DNA of 64,000 nt from a virus (taxonomy: Duplodnaviria > Caudoviricetes): the IMG/VR virus record IMGVR_UViG_2740891848_000001, positions 1-64,000 of that record, one strand, 5' to 3'. This document shows, in pieces, positions 38,172 through 44,956 of the stretch (position 1 is the first letter of the stretch; every line of letters begins with the position of its first letter). Below the pieces are notes generated by a model. That model saw nothing but the letters and a program-made list of their open reading frames with translations, made no database searches and was not told the DNA's origin. Both the position numbers and the translations under genes were made by a program.

Positions 38172-38594
38172 CTACAGCACAGCGAGACCGACGATCACTA
38201 CTGCGCAGAGGGCCAGCCCTGCGAAGATGATGCGGTCCCACCTGGCTTGCGCCTTCTGCTCGGCCGGCGTCAGTTGCACGACGACGCGGTGCGAGACGGA
38301 GTAGGAGCGCAGGCGTCCTTCAAGCGTCGGATCGAAGAGGCCCGGAGCCGGAGCTGGAGCAGGAGCGCGGAGTGCGCGGACTGCTTCAGGAGCTGGAGCC
38401 GGAGCACTGCCTTTAGCTGAGGCAGAGAACGCTACGTCGATCTGCTCGATGGATGCGAGCCATTGAGTCTTCTCGAAATATACGGTCGCACAGGGCGCAA
38501 CAGCTGCCAGTGGCGTTGGAGCTGTAGCGCGTTTCGTGTGACTGCGCACATTCGAGGAGTGCAAGGATAGCGGAAAAACGTTGGAAGTTTTCAT
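38172..38594 (-). CDS. hypothetical protein with AP repeats and C-terminal membrane anchor
   Basis: APAPAP runs; hydrophobic end IIFAGLALCAVVIVGLAVL. Confidence 0.6.
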   Translation of the reverse strand: MKTSNVFPLSLHSSNVRSHTKRATAPTPLAAVAPCATVYFEKTQWLASIEQIDVAFSASAKGSAPAPAPEAVRALRAPAPAPAPGLFDPTLEGRLRSYSVSHRVVVQLTPAEQKAQARWDRIIFAGLALCAVVIVGLAVL

Positions 38595-38605
38595 GTGTGG
38601 TGGTG

Positions 38606-39091
38606 AACTATCAGATAGTTGTGAGATTCGACCGCGCGGGCCAGCGCGCTGGGGTCAAAAACGGTGTGCGAATAGACTTTCGATTTTTACTTCTTAAGGA
38701 CACTTATCTCTATCTGATAATTGACGTCCTCACTCGTGGATCGACTTTGAAAGTCTATTCAACACCCCCTTCTCTTTTCTTGGGGGAAAGGGAAGGAAGA
38801 AAAAGAAGAAGAAGTAGGAAGCTAAGAGATTGATTTGAAGGGCGAAAAACGCCGCTTTCAGAACTATCTGATAGTTTGCGCACGGCGCGATGTTTTGCCC
38901 GTGGTCTGACACAACGAGCTTGTGGTCTCCAAGTGGGTTATCACTGGGGCTGGAGCGCAACGGCGACTTATCCACAACTGCGGAGCCTCCCGGTTACGCG
39001 TTGGACACTCAACCCATAGGTGGAACAACGCTACCCCTCCACCGCACGCGACATCCACACGCTTCACTCGCCGCGCCAACTATCAGATAGT
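38606..39091. repeat. cluster of AACTATC-W-GATAGTT palindromes
   Basis: Sites at 38606, 38862, 39078, variant at 38710; related sites at 12549 and 44849. Confidence 0.75.
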
Positions 39092-39105
39092 GCAGATCTG
39101 CACCT

Positions 39106-39546
39106 TCAACGCCGCGCACGCAACGGAGCGATTTCGTCCCGCACGCGCCCACCCCACTTCTCGGCCAGCGCTCCCAAAGCCATGCGAACGCCGTCCTTAC
39201 GCCACACGTCAGCGCGCTGCCGCTCCTGCTCCTGGCGCTCTGCGACCTGTACGCGCTTGCGGGTCAGCTTCCGCTCCACATGCGTGCTGTAGCGGCGTGG
39301 CTCGGGAGCCGGAGCGGTAGCGGGCGACCATTCGGAATACCGCGCCCACTGCGGCAACTCGTCCAGCTCCATGTCGCCGGCATCCACGCACGCCCGGAGT
39401 GACGCCAACGTGGCCAGGCGCTCGGCGCGCTCGCCGTGTTGCTGATCGAAGTCGACATGCACGGTATAGGCTTTAGCCGCATCAACCCCGGCCGTGATCG
39501 CTTTTGAGTAATTCGAGATGGTTGGATCGAGATAACGCATGGTCAT
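39106..39546 (-). CDS. phage early hypothetical protein
   Basis: 146 aa; an operator palindrome lies 13 nt upstream of the ATG. Confidence 0.55.
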   Translation of the reverse strand: MTMRYLDPTISNYSKAITAGVDAAKAYTVHVDFDQQHGERAERLATLASLRACVDAGDMELDELPQWARYSEWSPATAPAPEPRRYSTHVERKLTRKRVQVAERQEQERQRADVWRKDGVRMALGALAEKWGGRVRDEIAPLRARR

Positions 39547-39767
39547 TTACCTGAAAAGGTGCAGAACTGCACTTTGTCCGGAATCAAATCGGCGCGGCCT
39601 ATAAGGAGAGCCAGGCATGGCTAGTCAACCACGACAGCAGGACGCTACAGCGGCCCAATCAGGCGCAATGGCGTGCTGATGCGGTTGACTCGCAATCCGG
39701 CGCGGAAAACGCGCCCTTTATACATACAGCGAAACACAACCAGCGCTTTCGCGCCGGTCGATGCTGC

Positions 39768-40469
39768 TTAAGCCTTCAGGAGTTCCGGCGTAGCCGCCAG
39801 TTCAGCCAGTTCCGCATACATGGCCCGCGCATATTCGCGCCGTTGTCCTTCGGACAACATCTTGAGCATGGCGCGCGTCTGAAACACGAGATCGGAAACC
39901 GTGCCAAGCATCGCGCTCACCGATTCAACCGGGTCCGCGTTATCGGCTTGCTGCGGCTTGCTTACTTCTGGCTCGCTAGGCGTGCGTGGCGTGGCTTGCT
40001 TGGGCTTCTTTTCCGCTGTCGGTTTGCTGAAACCGAATTCAACAAAAAGCGCGTCCGTGCTATGACACTTAAGACCAAAGAGCCAAGCCTTAACTACTGC
40101 GGTTGCGTCCTTATCATCGTCCGCATTCAACACGTCAAGCATGTTGAGACCCTTTGCGGCCGCTTGCTTGCAGATACCAACAGCCTTTTCAACATAGCGC
40201 TTAGCCGTGCCCATGCAAGCATCCGAAAGCGTGGCGCGCGCTACTTCGTCCAATGCTTCCCACGCTTTCGCGCCTTCGCGCTGCGCCGCCAGCTCAAATG
40301 CGACCGGGCGAACGTTGTTAGCGGCAAAGCCACGCTCTGCAAACGAACCTTGGCGCAAGTAGACCGCGACCAATGCAGCATAAGCGCCGCCGACAACAGA
40401 TTTTTCAGCGGAAACAATCGCCTTAACTGCGAACTTGATTTGTTCAAGCGTCGGAGTGTTGATAGACAT
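39768..40469 (-). CDS. first gene of the early leftward operon, hypothetical
   Basis: GGAG RBS before ATG 40469 (MSINTPTLEQ); two operators upstream; lower GC than neighbours. Confidence 0.65.
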   Translation of the reverse strand: MSINTPTLEQIKFAVKAIVSAEKSVVGGAYAALVAVYLRQGSFAERGFAANNVRPVAFELAAQREGAKAWEALDEVARATLSDACMGTAKRYVEKAVGICKQAAAKGLNMLDVLNADDDKDATAVVKAWLFGLKCHSTDALFVEFGFSKPTAEKKPKQATPRTPSEPEVSKPQQADNADPVESVSAMLGTVSDLVFQTRAMLKMLSEGQRREYARAMYAELAELAATPELLKA

Positions 40470-40662
40470 TGTAGAAACTCCAGTAATAAGCGCTTCATTG
40501 CGCCGATTAAGCCAGTATGAAAAGTGCAGCTCTGCACTTTCCTTCTCTTTGTCAAAAGTGCAGACGCTGCACTTTTGAACATTGCGGGCGCACGAATGCC
40601 GACCCGCAGCAGACCCATAGGTGGTGGTGGTCTGCTTCGCTCTCCCGTCAGGGATTAGTAAC

Positions 40663-40759
40663 ACTATACCTAGATATTATTGTGAGGGGAAGTGGCTGGA
40701 TGCCGATTACGCCAAACCCATTAATTCTAAAATTTCAGATTTTCCAACCTAGGTATAGT
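40663..40759. promoter_or_regulatory. divergent promoter pair with mirrored CTAGGTATAGT elements
   Basis: ACTATACCTAG (40663-40673) and CTAGGTATAGT (40749-40759) are exact reverse complements, each containing a TATAGT -10; AT-rich spacer. Confidence 0.6.
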
Positions 40760-40797
40760 ATTATTTAAAATATTCACCACAGATTCAGGAGCGGCAC

Positions 40798-41361
40798 TTG
40801 GCCAAAGAGAAGTTCACTAGGGAACAGTTCACTGTCGAGCTTGCGAAAGAGTGGTTTTCGTATGATACGAACGCAGGACTTGTTATCCGCATCAAGAATC
40901 CGACGCGTGGGCCTAAGACGGCCGGCACACGCGCTGGAGCGCTCCACAAGCCCAGTGGGATGCGCCAGGTCATCTTCCAAGGCGTGAGCGTCTACGAGCA
41001 GCAGCTGGTCTGGGCGCTAGTCACCGGCGAGTGGCCCGCAGGCAAGCTAAAGTTTAAGGACGGAGATCCGTTAAACACCCGTTTTGACAATCTATGCGCG
41101 GCGGCGAACACCGCGGAGAGTTACGAAGCATTACATTCTGGCACTGAGTTGGGGCAGACACCTCTCTCGGGAGTAGTTCCTACCTCAAGCGGGAAATTTA
41201 AGGCTCAAATTTTTCGCGAGTGGATGATCTATCTAGGAACGTTTGAGACACCGGAGTTAGCTAGTGAAGCATACTTGCGGGCCAAGTCAGTCCTTCACTC
41301 TCCCCTGAACAGGGCCAAGTCGACACACGAACTCTTGGAAGAGCTATCAGAGTCTCCTTAA
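40798..41361 (+). CDS. HNH-AP2 homing-endonuclease-like protein with degenerate HNH active site
   Basis: W.LVTGEWP...DGDPLN.RFDNL HNH-like frame and SGV...GKFKAQI...IYLGTFET.E.A.EAY AP2 domain; AGGAG RBS, TTG start. Confidence 0.75.
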   Translation: MAKEKFTREQFTVELAKEWFSYDTNAGLVIRIKNPTRGPKTAGTRAGALHKPSGMRQVIFQGVSVYEQQLVWALVTGEWPAGKLKFKDGDPLNTRFDNLCAAANTAESYEALHSGTELGQTPLSGVVPTSSGKFKAQIFREWMIYLGTFETPELASEAYLRAKSVLHSPLNRAKSTHELLEELSESP

Positions 41362-41416
41362 GAGTTCCTGATGCACCTTAGTATCATCTTGAATCACAAA
41401 TTTGCAACTTGAAAGC

Positions 41417-41445
41417 TTGCAAAGGACTTTGGAGATGTTTATAGT
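41417..41445 (+). promoter_or_regulatory. sigma70 promoter of the putative sRNA
   Basis: TTGCAA (41417-41422), 17-nt spacer, TATAGT (41440-41445). Confidence 0.75.
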
Positions 41446-41450
41446 TCGGT

Positions 41451-41615
41451 CTCAAGTGCTGCGTGATCTGTGGTGGTGAGCGCAGCAGCTGAGACGCCAG
41501 TCTCAGTCATGACTTAGGGGTGGCCAGCTCCGAAGTCGACCGTCCTAGACGGTAGTTTTGATCCATTGTAGAAGCTCAAAAAGCCCATCCGATTAGCTAT
41601 CGAATGGGCTTTTTC
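41451..41615 (+). ncRNA. putative multi-hairpin phage small RNA complementary to start-associated motifs
   Basis: No ORF; promoter upstream and terminator downstream; hairpins 41457-41487, 41489-41506, 41511-41537, 41539-41553 and a weak one at 41554-41577; loops match repeated mRNA-leader motifs. Confidence 0.7.
41578..41615. terminator. bidirectional intrinsic terminator
   Basis: A6-GCCCAT-C-CGAT/ATCG-A-ATGGGC-T5. Confidence 0.85.
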
Positions 41616-41708
41616 CTTTTCAACCTACGAATTGTCATTCAAGTGTGCGAACTGCTGTGTTTACATACAGTAGTCAGTAGTCGTTCTCTTTGTTGAACAC
41701 TTGAACGT

Positions 41709-44228
41709 CTAGGCGGTGACGGGCTGCTCTCCAGAATGGTCCTTCGTCGTACTCGACGCACTCCCCGCTCCCACAAGTGTGAGGTTCTTGTACTCGACGG
41801 ACTGCCCGCCCATCGGAGTGTGTTCGATCGTAAGTTTGAATCCGAACTCGGTAGCCAATTCCCTCATCTTTGCTCTGAACTGAGTCGATCCAACAGGCCG
41901 CGCAGACCCCGGCCCGACGCAGAAGGACCAATATGCCTGATAGAGCTTCGTTTCCGTGACGGATGTGGGGGTCGAAGTCTTCGACCCAGCGGACTCCGCT
42001 TCTTGGAGAGCGTGAATCCGCACCTTCCCGCTCTCCATGAGAAAAAAACGTACGCTGTTGTTCAGGTTCGCTACCTCACGCATGATTTGCGTATGCGAAG
42101 CGGGAATCGTGAACTCGTTTAGCGTCTTCAACCGTCCCATCGACTGTACCGCCCACGCAACGATGGCCTCACGCTCCTCAACCACGATCGCGTCACCGAG
42201 ATCGAGCCGGCGCTCGGATGCTTTCACTGGCCGATTGAACTGGAACACGAGCCAGCGACGATTGAAACCCTCTGACGTGTCTTCCGTACGTGGGTAGTGG
42301 TTCGATGCAAACCAGTGCGTGCAGATAGGATTGAAGCGAAAAATCTGACCTCCTTTCATCTGGCCCGACATCTCAGCCCCGTCGATGATGTCCTTGAACT
42401 TCTGACCATCGACAGTCTTCTTTTCCGACAGCTCGCCAGCCACGTTGATGATCTTCTCAAACATCTGCGTGGGCAAAAACTTGTCACTCCACTCGTTAGG
42501 CGGCACCGCCGAACGAGCGGAGTCTGGTACGAGAGCTTGTGCGATCTTCAAAAGCTGCGATTTCCCAGACTTAGGGGCGCCTTGGAGCAAAACCGCACGT
42601 TGATAACGCGGCCCCAAACCAAAAAGCGTGACTGCCAGCGCTTCCTGAATAGCATCCACTTTTTGGAGATAATCGTCGTCCTCACCCCAGCTTTTGTGAA
42701 GAAAGTCGAAAAACATCGACGATTTACCTGCCGCCTCAGGCAAATAACGGAACGGCAACGTATATGTCATGCCGTAACCGAGGTCGTGGGGCAGCAATTT
42801 GAGGTCTTCCGTGAGAAAACCATTGGCGAAATTGACGCCCTTCACGTCGACCGTCTTAATCCCTTGGGTCATGAGCATTTTCATGACCTGAAAGACGCCG
42901 CGAATGTCGTTGAATTTCTTGCACGCCGCTAGATGGCCATAGTCCGAGCTGATCTTCGACATAATGTACGTGTCGTCCACCTTCTCCCAGTGTGAGCCTG
43001 CCCACTTCCACACGAAGCCGTTGTGAGAGCGAACTTGGAACAGCTGCTCCAGATCCTTGATCACCGCGCGAGCGATCTCAGACTGGTCCTGGCCCTTGAT
43101 GTCACCCATGCGCAACTCTTTGATGCGCGCTTTCAAACTCGAGACCTTCACGCCGAGACCCGAGGTCATCGCGATGAACTCAAGCAGGCGGTCCTCTTCG
43201 AGCTTATTCAGCCCGGTGGTCGTGGCCACCTTCTGCAATGCCTTGTCCACCGACGAAGAACGACCCGGCGATTCCTTCGGAAAACGCTCGAACTCGTCGA
43301 TCAGAAACTGCTTCAGATCCTCAAACGACCACTCCTCCTGGTCCTTCGTAATCTCCAAACCCCAGGCTTCCTTCTCCTCGCCAGTCATGCCCTCGTCCCA
43401 GCCGGTCGGCAGCACCTTCTGCTTTTCGAACACGTCCCGTTGCAGGAACTTGATCATGTTGCGGACGTGCTTGTCTACGTCGATCGGGTCGCCCGCAACG
43501 TTCTCGACGAAGTCGGCCGCGTACGCCTGAAGCATGCCGATCGCTTCCTTCAGGCTACGGTCACCGCGAATCACCGCGTACGCGAAGAGGCCCGCACGCT
43601 CGGTCAGCGACGTGTCGCGCGAGCCGGCCGACGCATAGTCAATCACGCGCGTCCAACCGGAGTGCGACAGCTCGACGCCGGCCTCGGTGAGCGCGGCCCG
43701 CAGAAGCGCCTCAATGTTCTCGTCGAGAGGCACCAGATTCTTGTGAACGTCGACGAGGTCACAGCTCGCCTGGTAAGGGAGTTGCGTATCCGGGTGAATC
43801 GACGGAGGCAGCACCGACTGCGTGCGTGCGGAAAGCATTTCACAGATTGTCTCGCCGCTCGTGTTCTTGATCCGGAAAGTCTTCACGCCAGAGTAGCGGA
43901 ACGCGAGCATCGCGCCCTTCTTGCCGATACGGCGCCACGGAGAAGGCGGCAGCAGTTGCTCGATCACGTTCATCAACCGGATGTCTTCCGTGTCGATGTC
44001 CATCATGACGATGCCAGACTGCGGGCCGAGCACGATACCGATGTTCGAATCACGGCACTGCTCGATCCAACTGGCTTGTTGCTCCGGTTCCACCGGATGA
44101 TCGAAGTAACGCGACCAGTCGTTCGGGATCGGCTTCTTTTCGCGCGGATAAAGCGGGATGACCGGGAGACCCGCCGCGTAGTAGCGCGGCGCGGTCTGGG
44201 CAAAGATGGGTTGGCGTTCGGTCTTCAT
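41709..44228 (-). CDS. bifunctional primase-polymerase / D5-like SF3 helicase
   Basis: N-terminal prim-pol (VIPL.P..K.P, NIGIVLG, MDID); C-terminal GAPKSGKS Walker A and RRWLVFQF. Confidence 0.9.
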   Translation of the reverse strand: MKTERQPIFAQTAPRYYAAGLPVIPLYPREKKPIPNDWSRYFDHPVEPEQQASWIEQCRDSNIGIVLGPQSGIVMMDIDTEDIRLMNVIEQLLPPSPWRRIGKKGAMLAFRYSGVKTFRIKNTSGETICEMLSARTQSVLPPSIHPDTQLPYQASCDLVDVHKNLVPLDENIEALLRAALTEAGVELSHSGWTRVIDYASAGSRDTSLTERAGLFAYAVIRGDRSLKEAIGMLQAYAADFVENVAGDPIDVDKHVRNMIKFLQRDVFEKQKVLPTGWDEGMTGEEKEAWGLEITKDQEEWSFEDLKQFLIDEFERFPKESPGRSSSVDKALQKVATTTGLNKLEEDRLLEFIAMTSGLGVKVSSLKARIKELRMGDIKGQDQSEIARAVIKDLEQLFQVRSHNGFVWKWAGSHWEKVDDTYIMSKISSDYGHLAACKKFNDIRGVFQVMKMLMTQGIKTVDVKGVNFANGFLTEDLKLLPHDLGYGMTYTLPFRYLPEAAGKSSMFFDFLHKSWGEDDDYLQKVDAIQEALAVTLFGLGPRYQRAVLLQGAPKSGKSQLLKIAQALVPDSARSAVPPNEWSDKFLPTQMFEKIINVAGELSEKKTVDGQKFKDIIDGAEMSGQMKGGQIFRFNPICTHWFASNHYPRTEDTSEGFNRRWLVFQFNRPVKASERRLDLGDAIVVEEREAIVAWAVQSMGRLKTLNEFTIPASHTQIMREVANLNNSVRFFLMESGKVRIHALQEAESAGSKTSTPTSVTETKLYQAYWSFCVGPGSARPVGSTQFRAKMRELATEFGFKLTIEHTPMGGQSVEYKNLTLVGAGSASSTTKDHSGEQPVTA

Positions 44229-44782
44229 GCGTTCTCTTCTGTGGTGGTGTCAGTCGCGTCATCGTCAGCTGCTGCTGAACGGGCCAGGACGCTCCTAAGT
44301 CGATCCATAACGTCCGTACGCTGGTCAGGCGATAGGACTTCTTCCATGATCGTGAGTACGGTGTCCTGGAAGTCTTTGATCTGCTTGACTCCAAGCGCGC
44401 GCTCACGAGCATTAACAAGGCGTTCCAACAAACTGGTCGCGGTGCGGAAATACGCCATCCGCTCCGTTTGATCTGATGCCGCTATGCCCTTGCCGTAGTT
44501 CTTCAGCTCCGTAAAGACGCTGTGAAGGTCACTAGCAAGCGTGCTGTCAATTTCATCCTCGGAAACTGGGGTTGATGGAGGCTTTTGATCCTCTGTCGGC
44601 TTGTTCATCACTTGCCAACCCTGTCGGAATGAGACGACTTCATTGACGAACTGCTTCGTCTTCGGGTCGTACGGACATTCTGTGTCATTGAGGTATTCGC
44701 GGTCCTCGATAGTCAGCGTGACAGCAGTGTGCAACGCCCATCCAACGAGGGCATCAATGTAGGGGTAGTGGCGTTCGCTCAT
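44225..44782 (-). CDS. hypothetical protein, possible terminase small subunit
   Basis: Helical protein adjacent but divergent to the large terminase; ATG 44782 preceded by ATGGATCAATC. Confidence 0.4.
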   Translation of the reverse strand: MSERHYPYIDALVGWALHTAVTLTIEDREYLNDTECPYDPKTKQFVNEVVSFRQGWQVMNKPTEDQKPPSTPVSEDEIDSTLASDLHSVFTELKNYGKGIAASDQTERMAYFRTATSLLERLVNARERALGVKQIKDFQDTVLTIMEEVLSPDQRTDVMDRLRSVLARSAAADDDATDTTTEENA

Positions 44783-44956
44783 GATTGATCCATTGAAGAA
44801 GTGCGAGAATATTCGGTTCCGCACATAAGGAAAATGAAAATCAGCGGCACTATCAGATAAAAACGCACAACTATCGTCTGATTGCGAACATACATTTTTT
44901 CTTTGTGTTGTGTCGAAGCCTCACTGAGAATAGCGCCTGATCCAAAGGTCTCCTCA

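Larger units (their letters stand above)
29888..40572. promoter_or_regulatory. family of palindromic operators GTGCAG-N2-CTGCAC
   Basis: Perfect 14-bp sites at 29888, 32723, 36036, 37595, 38140, 39090, 39559, 40524; N3 variants at 35092, 36530, 40558; confined to the early region. Confidence 0.8.

Noticed and set aside
38341-38402. GGAGC(C/T) short tandem repeats
   Set aside because: Explained by Ala-Pro linker codons of the 38172-38594 ORF
26700-40600. CRISPR array or anti-CRISPR repeat array among the early-region repeats
   Set aside because: Repeats are short, irregularly spaced and separated by genes; no cas genes
41545-41548. sRNA H4 loop CCUAG pairing with CUAGG of the divergent promoter elements
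   Set aside because: Only 5 nt, and the elements are probably upstream of the transcription starts
41451-41615. tRNA or tmRNA interpretation of the multi-hairpin region
   Set aside because: No acceptor stem enclosing the arms, no TTC-type T-loop in the right place and no CCA; hairpins are serial rather than cloverleaf
43023-44471. 482-aa plus-strand ORF
   Set aside because: Antisense shadow of the primase-helicase
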